A DNA stretch of 64,000 bases from Marsupella aquatica (lineage: Eukaryota > Plantae > Marchantiophyta), in NCBI GenBank assembly GCA_973895155.1, contig OZ316892.1:10988420-11052419 (forward strand), in the 5' to 3' direction. Positions 25,278 to 38,182 of this stretch are shown piece after piece. Below the pieces are notes generated by a model. That model saw only the letters and a list, made by a program, of their open reading frames with translations. It was not told the DNA's origin and searched no databases. The position numbers and the translations under genes are program-made. How positions within the stretch are numbered: position 1 is the first letter of the stretch; the number at the start of each line of letters is the position of its first letter.

Positions 25278-27227
25278 AAAAACATTAATTAGCCCTAGAT
25301 AATCTTGACAGTGCCTATTCTCTACAGAAAAATGAAATGAAGATGTTATCCTTTAGTCAAGTAAGGCTTTGTGGTCTCCCTTTGTTATAAAGCTTGACAT
25401 GTATGCTTGAAATTGAAAATGTTGTTCTTTATTCAAATAACACTTTTCTGACTAATGCTCATTGTCCATGAGAATAGTTAGGTCCCACCGGTCAAATATA
25501 ATGGAACTCTTCAGAGATTGAAATTGTACGGGACCTGTCTATCGGTAGATCTCAAATATTCAACCCAATAACAAAAGTGCCAAATGGGGAGACAAGATCT
25601 GCAGGTGATGGATGAAAGGGGATAAAAGAAGGGAAAAGCATTGGGATACCTAGTCTGTCTCTCTAATCATACACGAGTGGCGATGTCATCTAGAACTTTT
25701 GCAGAGGAGTCAAAACCTTGAGTAGGCTACGTGCTTGACGTCTGTACGAGGAGGTATTCCATGTCATGATGGACGTAATAGTTGGCATTCACTTGTGGCC
25801 CAAGTTCACTTACCTGACTCTAAAACCATTCAACCATTCAGCCATTCAGGGATGTCGGGATGATATTCTCTGGAAAGTCATTAATGATTTCCCCACCATT
25901 AATGACTTTTCCACCTTGTGCTGCCCAATAAAATCTGAAAATTGTCTCCCGTTCTAGTCCGTGTGCTGCTCTATAAAACATGAAAATCATCATTCTTTAG
26001 GTGCCACTAGAGTTATTTGATCCCTAATTTTTGGGTGGGGTTTGTGCACAAAAAATTCTGCCCACGGGATTTCAACTTGGGACCTCCTGATCCCCACTCA
26101 AGCACGCTACTAATGTACCAGAGTCTCCAGGACAAAAGTGCTCACCCATTTTTGGTATTTATATTCTTATCTTTGCGTACTGTTTGGGCAGCAGCTGGAA
26201 GGCCATGGGTAGAGTCAGAAATTACTTTCCAAGGACCCATAGCCCTGAATCTAAAACCCATGCAGAGTGCATGGTTCAGTATGCCCTTAACCACCAACCG
26301 AGCAAGATGCAAATATGACATGATTATCCGTTCTTTTTGCTTTGAAAACCATTCTCATTGCGTATTGTTTCCACTTCTGCAAATGTTGCATGAATGGGTG
26401 ACGCCAATGTTAGTTTGTCTAAATGTCAGTTGCACTGGAGCTCGAGATGCAAGTATCCACTCCCTTTTCATGTCCTAACGAGCCCTTGCACCGTGCAACA
26501 AGGAGGGCCAGCCTAGGGAGTCAGGCCGGGGCATTTTTGAGGCAGCGTGAGTAAGCACATATGTGCAAGGGGGTGTCCATTTTTTTCATCAATGGTTAGG
26601 GAAAACAACCAAGCAAATCAAACGACTCTGGATCTTTCCCGCCCAGGAGCTTTTTTGTATCGGGGCGAAGGATGAAAAAAGACAGGCTTCCTTATTATAG
26701 TTGTAGATGATGTCCTTCAGTTTCCTTTCAAGATTCAAAAATATATAATATTGTGTCCCTCTTAGAGTACACTTTAATTAACTATATGACCAACTCTATC
26801 ATGATTTCATATTTAAGGACAATCCTCTGCCCACATTTTAGCTTTGAATTTCATTATTTTTGTACTGAAACAAATTTGGATATCCTCCCTTTTTCAAACC
26901 AAAATTTGAATCTTTTGAGTATCCTTTTTGTGAGACTGTTCGTTCATAGCCCTACTAGTTATGGTCCTACACCCCACTGAGCGACAAGTGGTCAACCCAC
27001 AATTAGTCTCGCATGCTTTGCCGAATGAGTGAAGACCCACTTCGCCTTCAAGCGTTATCCATTTCTCCATGTATTTCTTGACATCCACTTGCTATACAAT
27101 AATGATATACAGTAGCTGATTAACATTAGTCTACTCATTTAGCTATTTACATCGGATTGAAATAATTAGTATACACAAGAATTGCCCAATAGAAACGATG
27201 TAAAGAATTGTCCGGTTCAGACTGACT

Positions 27228-27800
27228 TTACCTTCGCGAGTGATATTCCTCAAAAGGACTAACAATTAATTGTATTCCATTCAGACGGCTTGGAAAGCTC
27301 CTGGCCTAGTACGACGTCTCTCAATACGAAGATTCAGTCTCTGGTGAGGCTCTAAACTTGCACTCCACTTCCAAATTAACCTTGCGCTCACGAGTGATAT
27401 TCATGAACACCACAGATAATTAATTGACTTCCACTTGAGACGACTTGAAAAGCCCTTGGCCTTTGACGTTTGCCTCTCAACATGAAGATTCAGTCTCTGG
27501 TGTGGCTCTAAACTTACACTTCAAAGCTCACTTTGCGTTCACGAGTGATTTTCCTGAAAAGCACTAACAACTAATCGAATTCCCATTGAGAAGCCTTGGA
27601 AAGTCCTTGGCCTTGCATGTCTGCGTCTCAACATGAAGATCCAGTCTCTGCTGAGGCTCTTAACTTCCACTCCACTTCCAAATTCACTTTGCCTTCACGA
27701 GTGATATTCATGAAACCCACTAACAATTGATATAATTCCCATTGAGACGGCTTAGAAAAGCTGTTGGGCTTGTATGGCTGCCTCTCAACATGAAGATTCA
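27228..27800. repeat. Tandem array, ~4 copies of a ~150-157-bp unit
   Basis: cgagtgatattc...ctaacaatt...ccattgagacggcttggaaag...ctcaacatgaagattcagtctctggtgaggctctaaactt recurs at ~27237, 27390, 27542 and 27698. Confidence 0.92.
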
Positions 27801-29144
27801 CGGTTTCTCCCACGCAACAGAATCTGGAAGCAAGACCACCTTGAAGGCGAATGTGTGGTAGCATGATCAGAATTGTGTCTTGTGGAGTTCGTTCATGTTC
27901 GAAAAGTGAACCATCGGAACTAACTGCTCTCGTCGTTCGGGTCAAAATCAAATTCATTGAGGCTTTCAATTTACCTAGCAGGGGAGAACTAAAATATCGC
28001 CAGACCTGGATTGAGCATTCACCCCTTGATTGTGGGGTGCCCGTTTTGTTTCCTGGACTTTATTTTCAAAAATTTGATCAGGCAAGACAACCATCCCCAA
28101 AACTAGGTAGTGAAGAAAGTTGGAAGGTGTGAGTCCAAGCCCGTGATTCCAAGCCCTTCTGCTAGGTTCCAATTTTAGTCAAGCCATCTTCTAGGCCCCG
28201 AAATGGGCCATGCAGAATAACTTGCTATTTGCAGTTATCGAGTCACCAGAGTAACTAACAGCCCCCGACTGAAACATTCCTTCTCTCAACTTTTAAATTG
28301 TTTCTTTTGAAACATGAAGGAACCTGAAACTGACACGCCAAAATTCCTCCATAGAAATGTTGAAAGACCCATGAGGACCGAATGATGGGGTGAAGAGACT
28401 TTATCCACTTGCTGAACAGGCAACTCTGATTACATATCTTCGTGAGCCAGCACTTCCTCTCTGAAATATAAGGAGGAAGGTGTGTAAAACGCAGAGTATC
28501 CAGGAATCACAGTAAACTGCGGAGTCTGGCAAACTCCGCACGTCACAAACTATTCAGGTGGTGGACGAGTGCAAATCATAAAAGCAAGTAGCAGGAACGT
28601 GAGTCAACCATTGAGCTCACCTCACCAACAAGATATCAACCTTGATCAAGCCATCAAGGTTGAAGTACCACCCTACAAGCAAGTTGACAAGGTCCTTTGT
28701 CAAACCAAAAGAACATAAATGGAGCAAACAAGCAAATATAAAACTACCAGAGTCCGACAAATTGACTGTGGCTGTAACGCTTTTTGGTTGTGCATGAGTG
28801 ATAGAGTTGCACAAAAACACTTATTTCAAGGTGAAAGAGCACTTAGATCTATCATCGTCGCCTGTTTAATCCTGAAATAAATTGTAAACTCAACACCAGA
28901 TCCTAATGAACGTAGTCTTCAAGGCACTACATTTAGCCTCTTTTGGCAGGTCAGCTCACAGCTCTATGGGAAGACGACATAGAGGAACCTAATTTTCTGT
29001 CCAACTTTCACTTTCACATCCCCGCAGGGGGCAGAGTTCCCTTGCAGCCAATTTCGTTACTATTAAGTATGCACCTTGACCGTAGTGATTGCATTCGGTT
29101 AAACAGCACAATCACCAGAACAGATACGAAGCATTTCTCAGATT

Positions 29145-30672
29145 TCATACTGATCCGGACTTCTTCAGCTGGTAGTGAGTGGCATAAACTGGAACACCTG
29201 ACCCAAGAGCCAGACTACCAAAAACCATGAACGCCATCTTGACACGCTTGTGCTTCATGCCTGTAAAGTTGTACATGTGAGGAGCATGGATGTAGTCATT
29301 GCTGTACATAGTTCCATCGCTGTGACCGTGGTCTGCCATATGTTTAGGGCCCGACGAATGAAAACTGCGGTTCCCTGAGCCATCCAATCCAAAATTGAGC
29401 GTCAGGACAGTTTTCTCTCCATGATCCCTCACAAGAGACCTCCAAAAATTTTCGAAATGGCAATTTTTGGTTGACTGAAGCACAATTGGGTTAGAGAGAC
29501 ACATCATCAGTGTCAGATCAGCGTCGATATTGCCTCAAAAGCAATGAAGTACATCGCACAAACAGGTGACTGCAATTCTTCGTTGCATGTACTAAGGAAA
29601 GCACAGTTCCAGGAGAACTCTCACCAGTGCACATCTCCCGGATATCACACACAACAATACTTAGTTTTTTTGTTTTTTGTTTAAATGGCCACCTTTTCAG
29701 TGTCAAACTGTGCATCGGCTCTTATGCATGATCGACAGCACTCCCCGACACGTTGTTACCCGTGTTACCTCTCCACGAATACTAAGCAACAGACATGGAT
29801 TTTCGAAGTAATAAAGCGACACGTAGATCAACGACGCAGATAGAGGACTGGACAGCCACTGGTTTTGCAAGCACTAAGACTTTCCAGTTTTGTTTTGTTT
29901 TTTTTGGTTTTTTTTTTTGGGGGGGGGGTGGGGGCACGAATGAGACGAACTGACTGAACAGACTATGCAGAACAAGGCAAAATTTGCATTGAAAGAGCAG
30001 TCATTCTACTGGAACGGGTCCTCACGAACAATTCAAAGCCATTAGGAATTCGCCCTCACACGTCAAGACAGGAAAGCTACGAGGTTTAAAGTTCTCATAC
30101 CGTCGGCTGAACGAAATTATAGCTTTTTCAAAAGCTTAGGTGAGAGACTTAAACCTAAATCTGAAAAGCCCTAATCTGGAAGACGGTACTACTAGAGCTG
30201 CGAAAAATTCCCGATCTTACATAGTCAGACAAACGAGATTCATCCCTCAGGGACACGTTCAGCCAGCAAGCCTCCGCATTCGCAGATCAACCGCAACAAT
30301 ACTCTCCTCGGTCAAAATTCAAGGCAACCAGCAATCAAGGGGGAGAGAAAGAAGGAAGGAAGGAGCGAAGGAAGAAAAATGGCATAAGAGGGACCAACTG
30401 AGCTGTAGCGAGGGGGGCGACAAACGATCAAGCAACTAAATGCTGTGGGAGACAGCGATCGAGTGAGCAAACGGCATATTGGCCGATCGTTTCCTCCACG
30501 AAACACAAAAGCACAGTTGAAGGACGTCGACAAGGAAGCGGATCCAAGGCAGGAGACAAGAACAGAATAGGACCGAGGTAAGAACTAACAACGCACCGAG
30601 TTTAGCCGGGCTGGATGATTTTGCAGACGAGACGAGACGCCTCACAAGGGTGGTCGCTCCCGCATTCGCCAT
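29145..30672 (-). CDS. Small mitochondrial single-TM protein, cytochrome c oxidase subunit COX7c-like (101 aa, 2 exons)
   Basis: Exons 30672-30597 and 29374-29145 (GT-AG, 306 nt). Presequence MANAGATTLVRRLVSSAK...RSFHSS, then HGH...YIHAPHMYN, a TM segment and a C-terminal P..A..YQLKK like COX7c. Confidence 0.8.
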
Positions 30673-30840
30673 GGTTTTTCGTGCCTGTCCGTCTCTCTGT
30701 CCGTTCTTTCACTCGCTCGCACTTCTTCTTGCTCTCGTTCCCTGTTTATGATTTGCAACTCTCCCTTCTATGGTGATCCCGCTGTACGTTTCTTCGCGGT
30801 GTTAATTCTTCTCGTTCTCTTGCGTATGTGTCCCTAATTT

Positions 30841-31130
30841 TGTATGTGTTTGATGGGACTTGAGTGAGATACGTGATCCAGACCGTTGATAGACCTTAGA
30901 TGAAAGTGCCCTGATCCACCTTAAATCAACAAACCCAAAATCTCTTTTGATAAACATTTATTAAATGAAAAATGTTACTTGATGGGACTTGAGTGATCCC
31001 TGATCCAGACCGTTGATGTTGATAGACCTTAGATGAAGGTAGGCTGATAGACCTTAAATCAACAAACCTAAAATCACCTGGGTCCCATCGAGTAACAGGT
31101 TTGATGTGAAGGGTCCATCAAGCAAATACG
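30841..31130. mobile_element. MITE-like element ~170 bp upstream of the COX7c-like ATG, with an internal ~130-bp duplication
   Basis: Imperfect TIRs tgtatgtgtttgatggga / gtccatcaagcaaatacg. The direct repeat ttgatgggacttgagtga...gatccagaccgttgat...accttaaatcaacaaacc occurs twice. Confidence 0.55.
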
Positions 31131-32229
31131 TCGTCTCTTGCCCCCTCGTTCTTTACGGACCGCATGGGAAACTCCTCAATCACTGGCAGCATATACGTGC
31201 AGTCACATCAGTCCTATTATAGGTCACAGACAGAAAGGCCAGTTGTGCAAGAAGAACCAAACGGACATATTTGGTTTAATAACCAAACCTAAAGATTTGT
31301 GGGCAAGGCAAGGAAAATCAATCAAACCCAATTCATAAGAATAGAAACAAAAAAGTAACAGTTCAAAATAATCAAACAAATGGGTAAAAGTAATTGAATC
31401 ATTTGGGTAGATTCTGAATGATATATCAGTGTTTTTTAATAAAATTTTAACAAAATTCTATTGAATTGGCAATTTTTTGGAATAGCCATGGGTGGAAACA
31501 ATCCCTTTGACTATTGTAACATTTTGCTCCATGGATAAAGGAATACAAAGGGAACGTTAGAAACCGTACAAACAAAGGAATACCAATTCAAGGCAACATA
31601 GGAAACCCTTCAGCTAATTACAGAAATGCTCAGTCCTGTTACCCCCAAAATTGACCAAAATTGCTAAATTGCCCCCTAAACTAATTCAATTACTATAAAT
31701 TGCAGGGCATCCAACGTGGTAAGCTACTTAAACTGTGGAAATATGTGGCTAGGATTAATCCATTTGGATAACCTAATAATTTCATGTAGTTTTGGTGCCT
31801 AACTTGAACGTATAAGTATCTCGGAGGGACATACTCCCTCCAAATTTATTTTTTCTTGAAATGAATCGAACAAACAAAACAAGCCCCCCTTTATTCATTT
31901 CTCTGAGATCACATATGGACTTTTGTTTCCCACAATAAATGGTAATTTGAGTTGTTGACCAAATCACATTGTTAGGCTCGTTTATCTTTTTTCCTTTAAT
32001 CACCTTGTTAGTGCACTCTTTCACAAAGTAGCTTTCACGACAGAGCTAGAACTTTACAAGTATTCGATCCAAACTCGATGGGTGCCCCCTGCCAGAAACG
32101 AACTTAAGTCATCAATTCTGAAGATCCATGACACAATAGACCAACATACTTTCATTTCAGTAAGACTTCAACAATCTGATCTCAATGCTCTACAGGGCTC
32201 ATCCATAAGAAGACAGGTCGTCCCAACAA

Positions 32230-34320
32230 GCTATCTCCTGATCAACGACTTCTGAACTTTTGTACATGAAGCACGATACTGCTGTCCATTTTTATGCCTG
32301 CACATGGATTGGGCCTTCCTTATTGCCTGAATGAGACATTGGCTGATGAGATTCCTTTGCCATCCACAGCAGACAACAGACAGTTGTCTACTTACTTGCC
32401 TGAGTTGTATTGGAACCATAGATGGCACATTGGTGCAAGGCCAAGAAAAAAGGCACTTGTTTAATGGCAGGAAATTATGTATTGCATGTATAACACTGGT
32501 CTAGTTGATCACAATCGGTTGACATCCACCTGGACATTAGGTTCCCCTGCTCGTACCATGACACCACCATTCTGAAGTGGAGAGTAACTGGAGGCAACAC
32601 TTCACTGATTATGTACTCGTCATTTCCACCGTAGTTTACGTCTCCCTAAAGATATTCTAAATACTCGACAGAATGAGAAGACTAAGTGAGAGAAATAGCA
32701 GTAAATGCTGATCTACGAGCCGTAATATTTCAAAACATTACATGCTGGATATCGTGTGCATGTGGAGTGAAAACGAAAATGGCCAAGATTGACTAAGAAA
32801 TGTGATGCAACTTCGAGAATGTTTGCTATACAGTTTTATGCTGCTGGGCTATTGGCCAATTTCTTACATCTATGGCGACGAGATTTTCCATTTGAAGTAG
32901 TGGGTAAGCCTGGTCACAATCGTACCAAAGAGAGCCTCATTGATCTGTTTCTGGTTAAGTAGTTCTCTCGACCGCTCCTTAGATGCCTCTACTGATATAA
33001 TTCCTTCATCTCTAGCAATCCTTAATATTGCCAAATTGTACTTCGCAAGTTTTTGCATCAAAGCATGGGACCATACTTTTCAGCAGCTAACTCCAAAGTT
33101 TTGGCAATGGAGCACATTGCATCAACTTGTTGGTGGAGCATGTAAGCCTCGGTGGGCCTGGGAGTTAGAGCTTCTGGAGTTGGGGCTCCTGGAGTTCGAG
33201 AAGATGCTGTTGAGTCCACTGTTGGAGTAGTGGTTGGGAGAGTTGTTGGAGTTGTTGGAGCAGTTGGAGGCATGGGAAATTCCCTGCGATAACTTTTCTC
33301 CTCCGTTTGTGTATTCTCCTTTCACGTTAGGCTGTGCTTCTGATCTCATTCAAGATGTCCTTATCTTGTAGGGTAACCCTACCAGTTCCATCATCTGCTA
33401 CACCTGTGCCGCTTTCATCCAATTTTGTGTGGGCTTTCATGGGAACATGACTTAACTCTAGCAAAAACGGTCGAATTTTCAAATGCAGGTGTCTTCCACA
33501 ACCAGCTCATGAAGCAGAACGACAGCCAGTTTCTAAATGCTCTGTGTCAAATTGGATTCAAGCTGCGAAATCGTCTCGGGCATTCTTGCGAAGCTAACCT
33601 CACTACTGAGAAAACATCCAGCCAGAGAGATTGAATGGATTTTATTGTACAAATTCGTGAAATCAAAGGGGTCCTTCAGTCATTCCGTACGAATTCTAGT
33701 ACCTTCCCTGCTCTGGCCACCTGACTAAGCGAGTTTTAACTCCCGATTCATACGGGTTGGATGTGGAAAACGTTTCAGCACGGGACCCCGGTGCTGACAA
33801 GGTTTTGACGTGTCTTTTGTGCCCGTGTAGTAAGTTCGTGTCACTTTTTGTATGCGTCTCACGAATCATGCAAAGGAGGGATAATCATTACTCTTGTCTA
33901 GTGTATGACTTTACGGAAAGGTTTAATACAGTAATCTTATTTCAATTTTCACCTCATGTGTTCTATCAAATCGTTTACAGCACTAACGTCTTTGATTTCA
34001 TACAGAGAAAAAAGAACTAGACAAACCTTAGTTGGGCAACACACAACTAGATTACGTGGGTTGGAACCTGGACTAGAAAAACGATGGCAGTGATACGCTG
34101 GACTACAGCAGTACAATTTTTCACGAAAGTCTTGTGCTGTGATTGGCGGCACCTGAGTGATGTATTTGGCCCGACAGAAAATAATATTCAGAGCAAACTC
34201 ACAAGTGTATGGCCCCTTTTTTGAATCCCCAATGTCTGCTATGTGTCCCCGCAGTGGCTGCAACCATTCTAGAGATTGAAGAAACAAAGTACTTTTCGGT
34301 CCAACGCAGATACTTGACAT
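32230..34320 (-). pseudogene. Decayed unidentified coding sequence (gene or TE remnant)
   Basis: Successive minus-strand protein-like frames: 34320-33949, a stop-ridden segment at ~33700-33420, and 33273-33058 frameshifting into 32870-33061. No family recognised. Confidence 0.3.
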
Positions 34321-34339
34321 ACAACGTTCTGCACAATGC

Positions 34340-35130
34340 CGCCTTAGTACCTGTGAGTGCGATGTAACCTCACAACTCTTCTAAACGCTTACAGTTAAAA
34401 CTAGTAGCTTAATTGACCAAGTAGACGGGCTATCTCTATATCGTCTCTCTTGACCGCTGCATTTCCTTCTTGAGTTCGCCTCTATCACAGATAGTTAACA
34501 TACAAATTTCAAGACCATGCGACCTTTGTGCATTCACTGAACACCTGTGCGTGTGTGGAAACCTCACAACTCTTCTAAACGCTTAAAGTTAAAACCTACA
34601 CTAAATAGCTGAATTGCCAAGTAGACAAGCAATCTCTATATTTGACCGTTGCATTTCCTTCTAGACTTCGCCACTCCGATAGATGTTCCGGAGCTTGTCT
34701 AGTAGCGAAATTCAATAGATATAACCTCACTGTCTTCTGGCGAAACTTCGCGAGGTCTCTTGTCGTCCATTAGCCATTTCCCACCTAGCCAAAGACCCCC
34801 TTAGCCAGAATCCGTTAGCAATTTCCCACCTAGCGAAAGACCCCCTGAGCCAAAACTGACAGTTAGCCTTAAATCAAAGTGCTTAATCAAGGCCCAAAAT
34901 GAAAGTAGCATTAGGTTTCTTTGACTTCCATTAGCCAGCCAGAATCTGACATCCTTACATCAAAGTGGTATAATTCATTAGGATTTTGATCTTCCATTAG
35001 CCAGTTTCCAACCTAGGCACAGCGCCGTTATCTGACATCCATAAATACGAGTGGCAACATCTATTCGAATTTTTATCGTCCATTACCCAGTTTCCCACCC
35101 AGCCACAGCTTCTATTAACCAGGATCTGAT
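34340..35130. repeat. Local direct repeats: a ~110-bp duplication plus short ccattagcca/tttcccacctagc repeats
   Basis: aacctcacaactcttctaaacgctta.agttaaaac at 34366 and 34560; tttcccacctagc.aaagacccc and variants at 34777-35100. Confidence 0.8.
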
Positions 35131-35934
35131 GGTTTTCCTTAAATCTAGGAAGATCCGACAGAAATTTGCAAGAATATTAGATAACGAATATTCTCAGCAC
35201 CTTCTCGTAATGCAAATTTCCAACTACAAATGTAAATAGATATTCCATCTGCCATGCGGCGGTAATTGGGCATATCCCTCCCTCAATTCCTGTCTTCAAG
35301 TGTGGTACTGAATCTTCTCATTCCACTGCTCGTACTTCAGATAAGGTGGGCCTACAATATTAATGACACCATAGAACTTCGGAATTTGACAGCCTCCATG
35401 AAAATGATACTGTAAATCTAATTCTAGTCCAGGAGGGATATCAGACAATTACCATCTGCAGACAGATCTAAACAGCCACAAAATGTAGTGGCAGTACAAA
35501 TGCTTCACTGTTTCCTCGTTCAAAAGAAACCCTCTGCAAGACTGACAGAAAGCGAGATAGAAGCCTACAAACTGAAGGGCGAAACACGGTCATCGTTTAG
35601 GTACCGATTCAAATTCAACCATTTAGAATGCCTAGATTTCTTGTCCCTCACCCCAATTTTCAAAACAAATGACGTTGGGAGGTCAGGAACTTGTGTGTCA
35701 TACCGAGCTCCACTTTTTCCCTCTGGTGCCACTTCGAACAACCCGAATTATGCTAGAATCTCAATTCCCGTCAGTACATCTAATATATACACGGTGCTAA
35801 CAAGAAGGGTAGCTCAATATGGCTGACGAAATGAGGAAATGGTTTGAGTTGCTCCGTTATACGCTATACTTCGTATTTGAGCCCTGTAAACAGTAACCCA
35901 AAAAATGAATATTGACTTGTAGGGTCACAATACC

Positions 35935-38182
35935 CTATTTCTCTTCCCAATCTTTCAGCTTCTTGCTTCCTTGGGGTTTTGCTATTGGTCTGTTCATGCC
36001 AGCCATTTTCTGATTATACTTGGCCCGTAGGGGATCATTATACGTCCATCTGCAAGAAGGAGAGAGAAATAAGTCATGAGTCAAGTACAAGATCTGCTAA
36101 ATGATAGTTCCTAACATGGCATGTGCACATATTCAATTAACTTTGACAATACTTGGGACCCTGCCTATCTTGCTATCGAGGTAAAGGTCCTTTGTTGCGT
36201 TTTGCCAGGACGTTACCCCTGTACCAATCCTGCCCCGAATAATAGGGCTTAAACCTTTGATGAAGAGAACTTCTGTGAATTAGCCTCCCTTTTCTGTCCT
36301 TGGATAACGGACTAAGCGATCGGCTAAACTGTGCAAACATAAGTACTCAAATCAAGCAAATTCTAAATTGCCACCCAGCAGTCACTAGGTCAGTCGTCGT
36401 GTACAAGATTGGCAAATAGGTTGGACGATAATGTGATAGAAAGTACTGTCAGTCCAGTGAGACAAGCACGAACCCTGAGTGAAGCACATAGAATCTATAA
36501 ACTGTACAGAACCTTAACGTCCAGTTCAGAGGGCAGCGAAGTGGGTGCAGTAGTAAACAGAAAACAATTGAGAGATTCAAGGAGGAACTCAACATCTGCT
36601 ACTCCTGCTAGTTCTACTGTATGGGTTTAGGGTTTAGGACTGTGACCATAGCAGGTTGGCTGACTTGTCACTCTGCAAGGAGCATAAAGGATGCGTAACT
36701 GGAATTCATTTGGTCAGGTAACGAAGAGCTACTGACATTCATGTCTATGGCGAGGGGTTTCTAAGTCCTTCTGTATCTACATAGGACGCTGGAGGCAGCA
36801 CCAGAGCATGAATGCAATACAGTCAAACTGCCCTGGCCGTTCCACTAAGTTAACCGTACGAAACCAATGCAGAAGCTCCCGAATATGCAAAAGGAACAGA
36901 TTTGAGAAAGGGAAAAACAGAGGATGAATGAAACCCCAAGTGCAGAGAAAGAGAGAGACAGAAAGTGATGTAAGAGGAGCACATACGGATTATCCCATTG
37001 CGTGGTATCTTCTGCGACAAGATGAGTCCATTTGGTCCGACCACTGCGCCCAAAATGTTTGACCTGCATAACTTTGGGCAGTATTGTCTTATCCAACTTG
37101 TCCTCCCCTGTGGGAGCAGAGAAGTCTCTCTTGAAGATTTCATCTGGATTTTGACCATGAGCAGCTTCATCCACCCCACTTTGAAAGAAAGCACCTTTGT
37201 GATAATACTTCTGCATGAATTTCCACTTCTTTTTGGCTGCCACAAGCGGTTTGGGGTTCTTCCTCTCCCAATCTCTGCGCTCTTCTTCAGTCATATTCCT
37301 GAGCTTCTCAATATCCTCCTTCTCTTTAACCATCGCCTCCCTGTTCTCTCTATCTCTCTTTATCCTCGCAATTTCTCTTGCCTTCCAAGCCTCATATTCT
37401 TCAGCTTCGTTGGTTTCGTCATCTGTATCAATCTCACCTCCGTCACCCTCTGCCTCCCTGTTTTTCTCAATCTCTACTTCCTGCTTGATTACTTCCACCA
37501 CCATATGCTTAGTTTCCACCTTCCTCTCTTCTAACTTCTTTTTCATGGTTTCCTGGAAAGCCTTCTCCTCGGCCTCCAACTTCTCCCTCTCAGCTATCGT
37601 GTCTCTTTCGGCCTTAGGTACAAATACAGGTTTGACCATGGCAATACCTCCAAATTCCTCCTCTGAGTCCGTCTCATACTCCGATTCTTCTTCTTCCTCT
37701 TCCTCCTCTTCCTCCCCTTCTTCCATGGCCCCTTCATCCTCTCTCTGTCTTTGTAGAAGCTTTTCTTTGATTCTTCGCCTCCTCTCCTCAATTGCGTCAT
37801 CATCTTCTTCCTCCTCTAACTCGGCGGCTTCCGCAGCTCGTTGTTCTTCCTCCCTCGTTGAAACGATCTCAGCCTGTCTGATTTGCCTATGCCTTGCAAC
37901 CGCCTCCTCTCGATCTCTCCGACTCTCCGCCAGACGCCGCAGTCGGGGGTCATCCTTTGCTGGAAAGTCTGAATCCTCCTTCAGAGGGAATGCCTTTTCC
38001 AAATCCGCCCTCAGCGACGCGACGGAACGAGGAGCCTTAATTTCTGCATCCTCCTCAACTTCGTCAGCCCATTCCGGCGCTTTTCCGGGCCAGTACCTCT
38101 TCACTTTAGTTTGTCCAATTTTCCCCCTCAGCTTCTCTCTCACCGTGATGGCGGCATCGCTAACACCAGCTGCCACAGACAT
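35935..38182 (-). CDS. MFAP1: Microfibrillar-associated protein 1 (spliceosomal B-complex factor, Spp381 homologue), 436 aa, 2 coding exons
   Basis: Exons 38182-36987 and 36049-35935 (1311 nt). Motifs QTKVKRYWPGKAPEW, KPVFVPK.ERDTI, EYEAWK.RE..RIKRDR, FMQKYYHKGAFF, LPKVMQVKHFGRSGRTKWTHL and WTYNDPLRAKY. Confidence 0.97.

Noticed and set aside
25480-26000. Protein-looking minus-strand frame
   Set aside because: Stop density is close to random expectation and no motif is recognised.
26058-26125. tRNA/SINE-like A and B boxes on the minus strand
   Set aside because: The boxes are degenerate; no cloverleaf, tail or TSD could be established.
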